DNA of 24,000 nt from Enterococcus canis NBRC 100695 (GTDB taxonomy: Bacteria; Bacillota; Bacilli; Lactobacillales; Enterococcaceae): NCBI RefSeq assembly GCF_001544375.1, contig NZ_BCQJ01000001.1, positions 208,275 to 232,274 of the forward strand, read 5' to 3'. Position 1 is the first letter of the stretch. Every line of letters starts with the position of its first letter. The notes beneath the pieces are model-generated. The model had not been told where the DNA came from. It saw nothing but the letters and a program-made list of their open reading frames with translations, and did not search any database. Made by a program: the position numbers and the translations under genes. Positions 7,189 through 16,370 of this stretch are shown one piece after another.

Positions 7189-8221
7189 AAAAGTCACCTT
7201 CTCCCTGATTTAATGCGCTGATAACCGTTTTGACTAACTGAATGGCGGCCTCTACGTCACGAATTGCCACCACGGAATTCCATGAATGACAGTAACGTAC
7301 AGGTACACTAATAACCATCGTAGGTTTGCCATTCGTTAACTGTACCGAACCAGCATCCGTCCCTCCGCCACCGAAAAGATCAAATTGGAAAGGAATATTA
7401 GCCTTTTCCGCTTGTTCCTTCACAAAATCAAGCAGATTAAGGTGTGCTAACGCCGTTTTATCCGCTAATACCAACCCGGGACCTTGCCCTAAAATTCGAG
7501 TAGGTGGATTGGCAGCAGCTGGCGTATCTTTCCCATTGGCGACATCAATCACAATATTTACGTCCGCTGCTACTTTCTGGGCAGCCACTTTTGAGCCGCG
7601 AGTTCCGGCTTCTTCTTGTGCTGTGGCCACACCAATTACTGCTATTTTTTCACTTTTATCTTGCAATAAAACTTGGGTCATAATCGTGCAGGCTACGCGA
7701 TTATCTAACGCTTTCCCAAAAACTTTTTTCTGGTTAAAGGAAATTTCTGCTGTAGAAATCGGCGTAATCATATCACCAGGTTGAACGCCGGCTTCTAAAA
7801 CTTCATCTCTACTTTCTGCCCCTAGATCAATATACATCTCAGAAATTGGGACAACGTTTTGGCCCATAACACTTCCTTTGGGCAAGGTTCCGACAATCCC
7901 TGTAATCCTTCGACCATTGCGGCGACAATTGATTTGTACTCGTTGCCCCAAAATCACATGTGACCACCAGCCACCAATAGGTTCAAAATAAATAAAGCCA
8001 TTTGAATCGATGGTTTTGACAAAGAAACCAACTTCATCCATATGACTATAAATCGCCACTTTTGGTTTAGTCGAAGCTAAATCCCCATGATATAGATTAC
8101 CAAAGGCATCAATTTGACTATCCGGCAAGTAGTTTTGCAAGCAATTAGCGACTTGTCTTTCTTGACCAGGTATTCCATGTAGATTACTCAGCTCTAGCAA
8201 CAGATCTGTTGTATTAATCAT
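7175..8221 (-). CDS. M42 family metallo-aminopeptidase (FrvX/YpdE/PepA-like; often misannotated as endoglucanase)
   Basis: Contains LLELSNLHGIPGQE, the HMDEVGF motif and ATAQEEAGTRG. The start ATG at 8221 forms an ATGA overlap with the M24 stop codon. The ORF-track start at 8257 lies inside the upstream gene. Confidence 0.88.
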   Translation of the reverse strand: MINTTDLLLELSNLHGIPGQERQVANCLQNYLPDSQIDAFGNLYHGDLASTKPKVAIYSHMDEVGFFVKTIDSNGFIYFEPIGGWWSHVILGQRVQINCRRNGRRITGIVGTLPKGSVMGQNVVPISEMYIDLGAESRDEVLEAGVQPGDMITPISTAEISFNQKKVFGKALDNRVACTIMTQVLLQDKSEKIAVIGVATAQEEAGTRGSKVAAQKVAADVNIVIDVANGKDTPAAANPPTRILGQGPGLVLADKTALAHLNLLDFVKEQAEKANIPFQFDLFGGGGTDAGSVQLTNGKPTMVISVPVRYCHSWNSVVAIRDVEAAIQLVKTVISALNQGEGDFFGKF

Positions 8222-9282
8222 ATAACTAACCACTCTTTCGGAAATTTTGTAAGACACTCTATTTCGCCTGATTCACTGATTAACACATCATCTTCGATCC
8301 GAATACCAAAATCAGGTAGGTAGATTCCTGGCTCGACAGTAAATACCATTGATTCTTGAACGGTTTGCGTCTCTTCAGGTCCAACGGTTGGATATTCATG
8401 ACAAGATAACCCAATGCCGTGCCCAAGGTTATGCGTAAAGTAAGCGTCCAAATCAGATTTAGCCAGCTGTTTTCGAACTCGCTGATCAATGGCGGACAAT
8501 GGTTCGTCTAAACGAATCGTTTCAATTGCCTCCGCTTGAATTTTTTGCAGAGTCTGGTAAGTCGCCGCAATCTTTTCTGCCACATTACCTAGCGCAAATG
8601 TACGGGTAATATCCGAATAGTAACCTTGATAGATGCAACCAAAATCAATCATAATCAATTCATTGGCTTCAATGACTTTTTGGCTGGCATGGGCGTGAGG
8701 CTGGCCAGTTCTCACACCAGAGGCCACAATAGTTTCAAAGGCTGGTCCCTCACTGCCAAGTTTTTTACTAAGGTAATCAATCTCATTAGCTAACGCTAGC
8801 TCGGTCATTCCTGGTTTAATCAAATCTAGTACTTGATGCAAGGTTGCATCACTTAGTTCCGCTGCCACACGCATCGCCGCAATCTCAGTTTCCTCTTTAA
8901 GCATTCGCATACTTTCAACCAAATTGCGAGTAGCAATCAGTTCTGTCCGGACTTCTTGCGCAGCTTGCTGCATTTGCTGATAGGTACTTAAACTAATCGT
9001 ACTAGCCTCATAACCCCAATGTTTTTCCTCATTGAACTGCTGTAATTCGTTCCAGAGACTACGCCCCACCGCAACGGTAATAATCTCAACATTATTAGTC
9101 TGTTGGTTGGCTTGTACTGTATAGCGTCCATCTATGAATAGAACTGTGCGGGTGAGGGTAATGGCTAATAAACCATTGGAGCCAGTAAAGCCACTTAAGT
9201 AGCGACGATTGATTTTATCCGTTACTAGAAACAGGTCTAAGCCGTCTTCCCTCATTTTTTGTCGTAAAATTTCAATACGCAT
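8218..9282 (-). CDS. M24B Xaa-Pro aminopeptidase/dipeptidase (PepP/PepQ/YpdF-like)
   Basis: Has a creatinase-like N-domain. All five metal ligands are recognisable (IDFG, YYSDITRT, HNLGHGIGL, FTVEPGIY, IRIEDD). The start ATG at 9282 gives MRIEILRQKM and has an AGAGGGA SD. The ORF-track start at 9351 overlaps IIC. Confidence 0.9.
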   Translation of the reverse strand: MRIEILRQKMREDGLDLFLVTDKINRRYLSGFTGSNGLLAITLTRTVLFIDGRYTVQANQQTNNVEIITVAVGRSLWNELQQFNEEKHWGYEASTISLSTYQQMQQAAQEVRTELIATRNLVESMRMLKEETEIAAMRVAAELSDATLHQVLDLIKPGMTELALANEIDYLSKKLGSEGPAFETIVASGVRTGQPHAHASQKVIEANELIMIDFGCIYQGYYSDITRTFALGNVAEKIAATYQTLQKIQAEAIETIRLDEPLSAIDQRVRKQLAKSDLDAYFTHNLGHGIGLSCHEYPTVGPEETQTVQESMVFTVEPGIYLPDFGIRIEDDVLISESGEIECLTKFPKEWLVI

Positions 9283-9298
9283 GTTTTCCCTCTTCTCT

Positions 9299-9331
9299 AA
9301 AAAAAGAGGCCAGATGTTGCCACCCGACCTC
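9299..9331 (-). terminator. Weak terminator/attenuator-like hairpin between PTS IIC and the peptidase genes
   Basis: On the - strand, GAGGTC pairs with GGCCTC (6 bp including one G-U pair) around a 14-nt loop, followed by T7. It sits in the 58-nt IIC-M24 gap. Confidence 0.35.
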
Positions 9332-9340
9332 CTACCTTTT

Positions 9341-10678
9341 TTAAAAATCAATATCGCCTAATAAAGCGGCATCTTCATCCGATAATACGGTATGATGTGC
9401 TTCCACATTTTTCTGTTCTTGTTCTAGTTCTTGCTTTTCTAGTACTTTAAAGAATGGCAGGTAAAGGACAAAAGAAAGTGCGACTTGGATAACTTGAATA
9501 ATGATAGCACGCCAGTCAAAGCCGGTTAAAAAGCCTTCCATAAAGACCGGAACATATGGCGGATCAAAAATTGGATAATTTAGTAAACCAAGTTTCATTG
9601 CAATCATTGGTAACATTCCCACGAAAGCTCCGCCAAAAATAAACGGAATCATCAATACTGGGTTAAGGATAATCGGCACCCCAAACAATACTGGCTCATT
9701 GATCCCAAATAGTGAAGGCAGTAATCCAACGGCCCCAACTTTTTTATAACGTTTTGATTTACTGATTAGCATTGCTAAGACTAAACCAATCGTAACGCCA
9801 GAACCAGTAAAGTTTGCAAAGGCTGATAAGGTTCCATTTGTGATTACGTGGGTTAATGGTTGGCCTGCCTCATGCGCAGCGATGTTTTCTGAAAGGTATT
9901 GCACAGCGATTGGTGACAAAATTGGTGACAAAACAGCTGAGTGAATCCCGAAGAACCAGAAAACTAGACGCAGACATAGGATTGGGTAAATAACCCATAA
10001 AGAATCTAGGCTGCCAATTGCTGGTGCTAAGACATTCATAATCACTTGTGGCAACAATACGCCACCAGTCATGCTGTCGACTAAAGTACGGATGACAATA
10101 AACAATACACCAATCGTAGCAGTTGGCGTAATCAGTTCAAAGGAGCTAGACACAAAGTCAGGCACACCCTCAGGCATTTTGATCACAAGCTTATGCTTTG
10201 TAAAGAATTGATAAATTTTTACCGTGATAATAGCAACAAAGATAGCCGTAAATAAGCCCTTAGAGTCTAAATAACTTGCAATAATATTTCCGTTCTCGTC
10301 CACATCCATCGCGACAATCAGAAAAGCAATGGCGGATAGCATCATTGAACCAACCGTGTACAACTTGTAGCTTTCACTTAGAAAATAAGAGATGGCTAAC
10401 ACTGCATACAACCCTACTAATCCCAACGAAACTTTCGAAATAATTCCAAAGATATACCCATATGTTTCAAACCAATTGGCAACGGCTGCTGTTTTAATAA
10501 ATTCCGGGATTGACGGAAAAATAGCCGCAATCGAACCTAACAATAGTACGGGAGTCATCACGACCATCCCTTTTTTGATTGCCGTTAAATAAGGATTGCT
10601 ATCTACCTTATTTGCAACCGGTACCAATGTTTTGCGAATAAAATTCTCTAATTTCTCAAAACTACTCTGCTTTTCCAT
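9341..10678 (-). CDS. PTS EIIC component, lactose/cellobiose (Lac/Cel) family
   Basis: A 445-aa polytopic membrane protein. The N-terminus FIRKTLVPVANKVDSNPYLTAIKKGMVVMTPVLLLGS is typical of CelB/LicC-type IIC. The SD is AAGGAGGAG. Confidence 0.9.
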   Translation of the reverse strand: MEKQSSFEKLENFIRKTLVPVANKVDSNPYLTAIKKGMVVMTPVLLLGSIAAIFPSIPEFIKTAAVANWFETYGYIFGIISKVSLGLVGLYAVLAISYFLSESYKLYTVGSMMLSAIAFLIVAMDVDENGNIIASYLDSKGLFTAIFVAIITVKIYQFFTKHKLVIKMPEGVPDFVSSSFELITPTATIGVLFIVIRTLVDSMTGGVLLPQVIMNVLAPAIGSLDSLWVIYPILCLRLVFWFFGIHSAVLSPILSPIAVQYLSENIAAHEAGQPLTHVITNGTLSAFANFTGSGVTIGLVLAMLISKSKRYKKVGAVGLLPSLFGINEPVLFGVPIILNPVLMIPFIFGGAFVGMLPMIAMKLGLLNYPIFDPPYVPVFMEGFLTGFDWRAIIIQVIQVALSFVLYLPFFKVLEKQELEQEQKNVEAHHTVLSDEDAALLGDIDF

Positions 10679-10689
10679 TTTTCTCCTCC

Positions 10690-11025
10690 TTAGGCTTGTG
10701 CTAATTGTTGTTTTCTATAAGCAACTAGGGCTTGTTTCATGACGGTCGCACCGTCCATTGAACCATAAATGTCCGAAGTCAATAACACAGTTGGTTTATT
10801 GACTTTCTCAGCTTCCCCTTTGATGTAATCATATTTATGACTTAATTGAGGCCCTACTAAAATCACGTCATAATCGTTGATATATCGGTCTAACTTGTCT
10901 ACGCCAATGGCTTCCATTGGGTAATCTTCCTCTGCCAATTTTTGTGATTCTTTTACCACTTTCTTCATAGCTTCCATCATCATAGTGGTTGAAAAACCAC
11001 CTGCACATACTAATAATGTTTTCAT
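10690..11025 (-). CDS. PTS EIIB component, lactose/cellobiose family
   Basis: MKTLLVCAGGFSTT contains the phospho-cysteine loop. The start ATG at 11025 has a GGAGG SD 8 nt upstream. The ORF-track TTG at 11040 abuts the IIA stop codon. Confidence 0.9.
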   Translation of the reverse strand: MKTLLVCAGGFSTTMMMEAMKKVVKESQKLAEEDYPMEAIGVDKLDRYINDYDVILVGPQLSHKYDYIKGEAEKVNKPTVLLTSDIYGSMDGATVMKQALVAYRKQQLAQA

Positions 11026-11040
11026 TTTTGCTTCCTCCAA

Positions 11041-11373
11041 TTAGTTGATATTTAGGGTTGACCCTTTTTGTTCCTTCAGCATTTCAATCATTTCTTCAAT
11101 CAAATCTCTTGCTAGTAAGCTATTCATTAAATGATCCTGAGCATGTACCATCAAAAGACTTAAATCCGTTTGTTCACCGTTAATCTCGGCCGTAATCAGT
11201 TTTGTTTGCACATCATGGGCGTCAATACTTTTTTCCTTGGCCTCCTGCAGCTTGCTTTCAGCTGCCTCGAAGTCGCCTTTTCTAGCAGCGCGTAAAGCTT
11301 CAAAGGCAGCGCCACGGCTATCGCCAGAGGCAGAGATTATTTTAAAAATATTCATTTCATTTTCAGTCATCAT
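11041..11373 (-). CDS. PTS EIIA component, lactose/cellobiose family
   Basis: A 110-aa helical protein with the phospho-His region LLMVHAQDHLM. Its start forms an ATGA overlap with the regulator stop codon. Confidence 0.9.
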   Translation of the reverse strand: MMTENEMNIFKIISASGDSRGAAFEALRAARKGDFEAAESKLQEAKEKSIDAHDVQTKLITAEINGEQTDLSLLMVHAQDHLMNSLLARDLIEEMIEMLKEQKGSTLNIN

Positions 11374-13292
11374 CGTGGTCCTTTCTCTAATAGATGTGTC
11401 ACATACATCATAAATTCTTGATAATTCGTTATTTTTGTCAGTTGTCGTTCTAATTCTTGATCTTCCATCATGCGAATTAATAAGTGACTGATTTCTTTAT
11501 GCAGTGTCAAGTGTCCCTTTGCAATGTTAATCAAAAAGAAGATTCGGACGGGTTTACCTTGATATTGTTGGTTAGGGCGAAAAAGCCGAACGTCAATACC
11601 TTCGTGGATCGCCATAGCCTCCATCGGATGGGGACCACCCACGCCATTGCGATAAATGGTGTCGATCATTTCTTCACGTTCCAAAACACTTGCGGAAAAG
11701 CCTTTTTCGGCAGCTCCTTCGTTTTCTAAGGTAATTGCGGTATCTTTCAACGTTGTTAAATAATCTTTATCTGTGATGCCAAACCATTCTGGTCGAAAAA
11801 GCTGTAGCAGTCGTTGATTTACATCCACTGATTGAAGTTTATTTTCTCGTAATAGATTTAAGTCCTGCTCAATCTTGCGGATTTCTACATCAGTTAACAC
11901 CGCTTTGGTGTAAACAATGGGAATCTTAGCAGGTGGATTCTCTAACGGAATTGTAGAGATGACTAGGTCATAACTTTGATCAATTTTCGCCAGTTCCATG
12001 GCAGAAAATGTTTCCACGTTAGCATTCGCGAAGAGCCGCTCCAAAGTAACCTTTAAGAGATAGGAGGCCCCGCCACCAGTCGCACAAATCACTGCAATTT
12101 TGCGATATTGTTCCAGCTCTTGAGCTGATTGTTTTTCTAGACTGGCAGTAAAGTAGATGGCCAGATAGCCAATCTCATCTTTACTAATAGTGGTATTTAA
12201 ATCTGCATTCAATGAAGCAATAAATTCAATTGCTAAATTGAACACGTTGGCGTAACGAGTATAAATATCTTCAATTAGGGGATTATCCAGTTGATGACCT
12301 GTATACAATCGCTGAAGTAATGGGGAGACATGCAGCAATAATGCATTCTGCAACTCCAGATCTTTACTAAAGCGCGTTTTATATTTTTCATCTAGTTGGT
12401 TTAGAGCCCCTGCGATAGCTGCCCGCAACCGTTGATTACTTTCCTCATCATCTAACACGGTAATCTTGCCTCGTAATTGCTCTAATAAATAGTCCTTTTC
12501 ACTTTCAGGTAGCTGGATCTGATAGGTCTCAGCTAAAAATTCGCTAATATCTTCCGTAAACTCACGATACTTTGTAGAGCTGGGTTCCAGATTTGCAGGA
12601 ACAGTTTCGATAATTAAATTGTTTTGAGCAATACGGAAAGCCAACAGTTTTAGGTGTTGGACAATATTGGCAAAAACCACATCATTGGTTTTCAAATCAT
12701 AACGATCAATGGCAGCGGTTAAGAAAGCACGGATTTTCTCTTCATCGAAATTCGCTTCAAATGTTTGGTATTGCATGGTTGAAACGGGAACCTCAAGATT
12801 GCTTTTTAAAAGGGCGATAATCGTTTGGCGTTTTTCTCGTTCATTTCCGATTACCTTGATGCCATAATGTGCTTTACTATGTAACTTTAACTGTTGAGCG
12901 GTGAAGAAATCGTTCGTTTTTTTAAGGTCTTGTTTTATTGTAGTTAAACTGACTTCCATTAAATCTGCTAGTTGTTGGAGCGTGATGTAGTCTTCTTGGA
13001 ACAATAAAGTCAACTCTAAATTTTTTAAACGCTTCTCTGGATCATCACTCGTACTGTTTTCAACCTCCATCTCTTGAATGAATCTTGCGAAAGTATCTTC
13101 CTCAGTCACTTCTAAACGATAGCCTCGTCCTCGTATTCGTTTAATAGCAAAGCCTTTTGATTCTCCAAGTTCACTAGCAAACCGGATATCATTGGTTAGA
13201 GTACGAACTGAGATATGAAATTCATTTAATAATTCATCAACTGACACGATTTCGTGTTCACTTAAGTAACGAATCAATCTTTCTTGTCTCAT
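11370..13292 (-). CDS. PRD-domain transcriptional regulator, LicR/MtlR type (HTH - PRD1 - PRD2 - EIIB-like - EIIA-like)
   Basis: A 640-aa protein with an N-terminal HTH (RQERLIRYLSEHEIVSVDELLNEFHISVRTLTNDIR) and PRD histidines (NIVQHLKLLAFRI, LLLHVSPLLQRL). The EIIB(Gat)-like Cys loop is IAVICATGGGASYLL, and the C-terminal EIIA(Mtl/Fru)-like domain contains GVGGPHP. The SD is GGGAGG. Confidence 0.88.
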   Translation of the reverse strand: MRQERLIRYLSEHEIVSVDELLNEFHISVRTLTNDIRFASELGESKGFAIKRIRGRGYRLEVTEEDTFARFIQEMEVENSTSDDPEKRLKNLELTLLFQEDYITLQQLADLMEVSLTTIKQDLKKTNDFFTAQQLKLHSKAHYGIKVIGNEREKRQTIIALLKSNLEVPVSTMQYQTFEANFDEEKIRAFLTAAIDRYDLKTNDVVFANIVQHLKLLAFRIAQNNLIIETVPANLEPSSTKYREFTEDISEFLAETYQIQLPESEKDYLLEQLRGKITVLDDEESNQRLRAAIAGALNQLDEKYKTRFSKDLELQNALLLHVSPLLQRLYTGHQLDNPLIEDIYTRYANVFNLAIEFIASLNADLNTTISKDEIGYLAIYFTASLEKQSAQELEQYRKIAVICATGGGASYLLKVTLERLFANANVETFSAMELAKIDQSYDLVISTIPLENPPAKIPIVYTKAVLTDVEIRKIEQDLNLLRENKLQSVDVNQRLLQLFRPEWFGITDKDYLTTLKDTAITLENEGAAEKGFSASVLEREEMIDTIYRNGVGGPHPMEAMAIHEGIDVRLFRPNQQYQGKPVRIFFLINIAKGHLTLHKEISHLLIRMMEDQELERQLTKITNYQEFMMYVTHLLEKGPR

Positions 13293-13304
13293 AATGAACC
13301 TCCC

Positions 13305-13332
13305 GCTTACAAGAATATCTTAACTTGTAAGC
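13305..13332. promoter_or_regulatory. Perfect 9-bp inverted repeat GCTTACAAG-N10-CTTGTAAGC abutting the regulator RBS
   Basis: The repeat arms are at 13305-13313 and 13324-13332. On the - strand the right arm runs directly into the GGGAGG SD. It could be an operator or a 5'-UTR hairpin. Confidence 0.35.
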
Positions 13333-13409
13333 CCTTTTATTAAAATGGCAAATTTTGCAGATTAATTCGGCAAACTTCGCCTTATTGTTCAACAAATCAC
13401 AAATCAAAC

Positions 13410-13459
13410 AAAAAAAGAGCTATCTTATAGAAGAAGGGCGTCCCTCTACAAGATAGCTC
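13410..13459 (-). terminator. Rho-independent terminator of apt
   Basis: On the - strand, GAGCTATCTTGTAG pairs with CTATAAGATAGCTC in a 14-bp stem with one mismatch, followed by T7. Confidence 0.8.
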
Positions 13460-13467
13460 TAATCTGA

Positions 13468-13986
13468 TTAATATTCCATCAGCGTAATGATATCATAGCC
13501 TTCAATCTTATCACGGCCATGTAGGTCCATCAATTCAATCAAGAAGGCACAGCCTACAACGACACCGCCTAATTTTTCTACTAGTTCGATGGTTGCAGCA
13601 ATCGTACCACCGGTTGCTAGTAAGTCATCACAAATCAGGACGCGTTGTCCTGGTTGGATGGCATCTTTGTGCATGGTCAAAATATCGACGCCATATTCTT
13701 TTTGGTATTCCGCTTCAATTACTTCGCGGGGTAATTTCCCTTTTTTACGGACAGGTGCAAAACCGACGCCTAATTCATAGGCCACTGGACAGCCCACGAT
13801 AAAGCCGCGTGCTTCTGGTCCAACAACCATGTCGATGCGTTTCTCTTTAGCATAATTGACAATTTCCTGCGTTGCTTGACGATATGCCGCTCCGTCAGCC
13901 ATTAATGGTGAGATATCGCGAAATACGATTCCTTTTTCGGGATAATCAGGGATGCTGGCAATATACTGAGTTAAGTCTAAATTCAT
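13468..13986 (-). CDS. apt: Adenine phosphoribosyltransferase
   Basis: A 172-aa protein with the PRPP-binding motif [13 protein letters not shown] and IVFRDISPL. Its start forms an ATGA overlap with the recJ stop codon. Confidence 0.96.
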   Translation of the reverse strand: MNLDLTQYIASIPDYPEKGIVFRDISPLMADGAAYRQATQEIVNYAKEKRIDMVVGPEARGFIVGCPVAYELGVGFAPVRKKGKLPREVIEAEYQKEYGVDILTMHKDAIQPGQRVLICDDLLATGGTIAATIELVEKLGGVVVGCAFLIELMDLHGRDKIEGYDIITLMEY

Positions 13987-16283
13987 TTGTTATTTTCCTC
14001 CTTCGTTAAAAGCCATGCTCGTAACGTGTGAATATCAGAGTACAGTAAGAACTCCTCTGATTTGATTTGTTGTAATCGTTTTTGGTAAACGCCGCTGTTG
14101 GTCAGAGGCTGATTTGCAGGCGCTTCGATGCTAGTAAGCACGCCATCCTCTATTGTAACAAATTTCAAGTCAAAAAACACCTGAATCATAAAAATCAGTA
14201 GTTTTTCGGGAATCTTTAAAAATTGAGCGATCTGCCCTGTTTTATAACGAACATCCAATTGCTTCTGCTGCTTAATAAAGGTGAAAAGTCGTGCATATTG
14301 CTCTCTGGTACCGACACCATTGAGGTACGCATCATCTGATAGACAAAGCAAGTAAAAGCGATCCAAGCTTGATTGCTGTACAACTTCTTTCAATTGGGTG
14401 GGATCACTGGGACAATCAACAAAGACAAATTGTTGGAAATCTGACCACGACAAAGCGGACAGCTCCTCAGGGGTTACTATTTGACCATTCTCAGGTACCG
14501 CGCGTCGATGTTCTTGATTAAAGACGATATAAGCCGTGCGCTCCATCAAAAGATTTGCGGGACGCTCATTTTTTGCGCGCCAATCAAAAAGCTGTAAGCC
14601 ACGAACCGCAAAGTCTTGCAGCATCAGTTGCGGCTTACGATTGCCATTCCATTCGTTTATGGAGAGCTGACCAACGAGGGCATTCTCAGCATCACTTGAA
14701 AATTCTTGGGCACTGTTAGGAAAAGAGAAACCAATCGCATCCAGTTTTTCATCCCCCACCACTAATTTCAAATGACTGAGATCACCGCCAATTTGTTTTG
14801 CTTGTTTAATCGCGACGTTATCAATAAGAAAATTCGGCGTTTGATTGTCTGTGCCAAAAGGTGCCAATTTACGAACTGTCTCAATTAACGGGATAGAAAT
14901 TTCACTTGTTTGTAGTCGTTCGTCAATGACTAATTCTTGTCCTTGTGTAAAGTCGATTTCTTCCTGGTAGACATACTCACTTAAAAACTGGCGTAATTCT
15001 GCCACTTTCTCAATGGGGAGCGTCATGCCAGCAGCCATATGATGCCCGCCAAAATGCAAAAAGAGTTCTCGACGACTATTCAAGGCATCAAAAAGATTAA
15101 ACGCTGCAACACTTCGACCAGAACCTTTGGCCGTGCCTTTTTCTGGATCAACGGATAACACAATTGTTGGTTTACCAGTTTGTTGCAAGACTTTTCCCGC
15201 GACAATACCTAGAATGCCTTCGTGCCAATTTTCTTGTGCTAACACTAAGATTGGGTCAGTCATAGTGAGCGCTTGAGCCATAGCTTCAGCAGTGACCGTC
15301 TGTACCAGGTCTTTGCGGGCCTCGTTCTGCTGCTCAATAAAAGTAATAATTGTGGCGATTTCTTCTTCGTCAAATGAACTTAGTAGTGCCACACCTGGCC
15401 CCGCCTCGCCAAGGCGACCTAAAGCGTTTAGGCGCGGACCGATACCAAAGCCAATACTTTCTTCTGACAATGAAGATTTCTTGATATCTGCAGCGCGCAG
15501 CAACGCCTCTAGTCCCAGTCGTTCGGTCATGCGCATTGCCTGCAAGCCAAATTGGACTAAAATACGATTTTCGTCTGTCAAAGAAACTAAATCTGCGACT
15601 GTTCCAATTGCCACTAAATCAAAAAATTCTTGGGGTACTTCTTCTAACAAAGCTGTCGCAACTTTAAAAGCGACCCCCACACCGGCCAAATCACCAAAAG
15701 GATAGTTTCCCTCTGGATGTCGCGGGTGAACGATTGCGAAGGCCTCTGGCAGTGTTGGCGGTAATTCATGATGGTCAGTGACGATAACGTCTACCCCTTG
15801 TGACTGGGCATAGGCGATGGCCTCATGACCGGCAACACCATTATCTACGGTTACAATTAGTTGGACACCTTCGGCAATTTTTTCTTTATAAACCGCTAAG
15901 TTGGGTCCATACCCCTGTAAAAAGCGATTAGGCAGAAAATACTCGACCTCGGCACCAATCAATTCTAAGGTCTCTTTCATGACAGTTGTACTGGTTATCC
16001 CATCTGCATCGTAGTCCCCATAAATCAAGATTCGTTGGCCTTCTGCAACAGCTTGTTGCAGACGCTCAACCGCTCTAGTCATATCATGCATTAAAAAAGG
16101 ATCATATAAATCCTCTACCTGTGGTTGAAAAAATTTTCTAATTGCTTCTGGCTCTTGAATCCCTCTGTTCCACAAAATCTTTGCGGCTAATGGATCCACG
16201 TTAAATTCAGCCGTTGCCTGAAGATAATCCTCTGGCAAAACTGGTTCTTCATTAAATAGCCAATGATACTTTGCAAGTTTCAC
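13983..16283 (-). CDS. recJ: Single-stranded-DNA-specific exonuclease RecJ
   Basis: Carries the DHH motifs ([27 protein letters not shown]) and the DHHA1 motif (GGHHMAAG). I chose the GTG at 16283, with an AGGAG SD 7 nt upstream. The ORF-track TTG at 16301 overlaps the SD itself. Confidence 0.95.
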   Translation of the reverse strand: MKLAKYHWLFNEEPVLPEDYLQATAEFNVDPLAAKILWNRGIQEPEAIRKFFQPQVEDLYDPFLMHDMTRAVERLQQAVAEGQRILIYGDYDADGITSTTVMKETLELIGAEVEYFLPNRFLQGYGPNLAVYKEKIAEGVQLIVTVDNGVAGHEAIAYAQSQGVDVIVTDHHELPPTLPEAFAIVHPRHPEGNYPFGDLAGVGVAFKVATALLEEVPQEFFDLVAIGTVADLVSLTDENRILVQFGLQAMRMTERLGLEALLRAADIKKSSLSEESIGFGIGPRLNALGRLGEAGPGVALLSSFDEEEIATIITFIEQQNEARKDLVQTVTAEAMAQALTMTDPILVLAQENWHEGILGIVAGKVLQQTGKPTIVLSVDPEKGTAKGSGRSVAAFNLFDALNSRRELFLHFGGHHMAAGMTLPIEKVAELRQFLSEYVYQEEIDFTQGQELVIDERLQTSEISIPLIETVRKLAPFGTDNQTPNFLIDNVAIKQAKQIGGDLSHLKLVVGDEKLDAIGFSFPNSAQEFSSDAENALVGQLSINEWNGNRKPQLMLQDFAVRGLQLFDWRAKNERPANLLMERTAYIVFNQEHRRAVPENGQIVTPEELSALSWSDFQQFVFVDCPSDPTQLKEVVQQSSLDRFYLLCLSDDAYLNGVGTREQYARLFTFIKQQKQLDVRYKTGQIAQFLKIPEKLLIFMIQVFFDLKFVTIEDGVLTSIEAPANQPLTNSGVYQKRLQQIKSEEFLLYSDIHTLRAWLLTKEENNK

Positions 16284-16304
16284 ATGCTCACTCCTAACCA
16301 AGAA

Positions 16305-16333
16305 ATTATAGCAAAGAGTTTCCCAAAACTAAA
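16305..16333 (-). promoter_or_regulatory. Putative recJ promoter with extended -10 (TGcTATAAT)
   Basis: On the - strand: TTTAGT, a 17-nt spacer, then TGC-TATAAT (16313-16305). It lies just downstream of the preceding terminator. Confidence 0.35.
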
Positions 16334-16364
16334 GAAGAAGGGAAAATCTTTTGATTTTCCCTTC
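16329..16364 (-). terminator. Rho-independent terminator of the DUF1049 gene
   Basis: GAAGGGAAAATC (16337-16348) pairs perfectly with GATTTTCCCTTC (16353-16364) around a 4-nt loop. A U-rich tail (TTCTTCTTT) follows on the - strand. Confidence 0.65.
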
Positions 16365-16370
16365 CCTGCG

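Noticed and set aside
7326-7784. 152-aa + strand ORF, along with 5208..5480, 8280..8489, 10392..10592, 11484..11729, 13589..13802, 15292..15705, 18858..19136, 19701..20366 and 21261..21894
   Set aside because: All lie entirely within, and antisense or out of frame to, genes with strong family signatures. Their products are low-complexity and none has an RBS.
8222-8257. Longer N-terminal extensions given in the ORF track (8257, 9351, 11040, 16301, 19315, 4963, 910)
   Set aside because: The extensions overlap the upstream gene or the SD itself. In each case an internal start has proper SD spacing and a homologue-like N-terminus.
13346-13359. Sigma-54-like motif TGGCA-N5-TTGCA
   Set aside because: The GG-to-GC spacing is 2 nt shorter than the -24/-12 consensus. 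The motif is on the + strand, opposite to the operon. The adjacent regulator also lacks a sigma-54 AAA+ activation domain.
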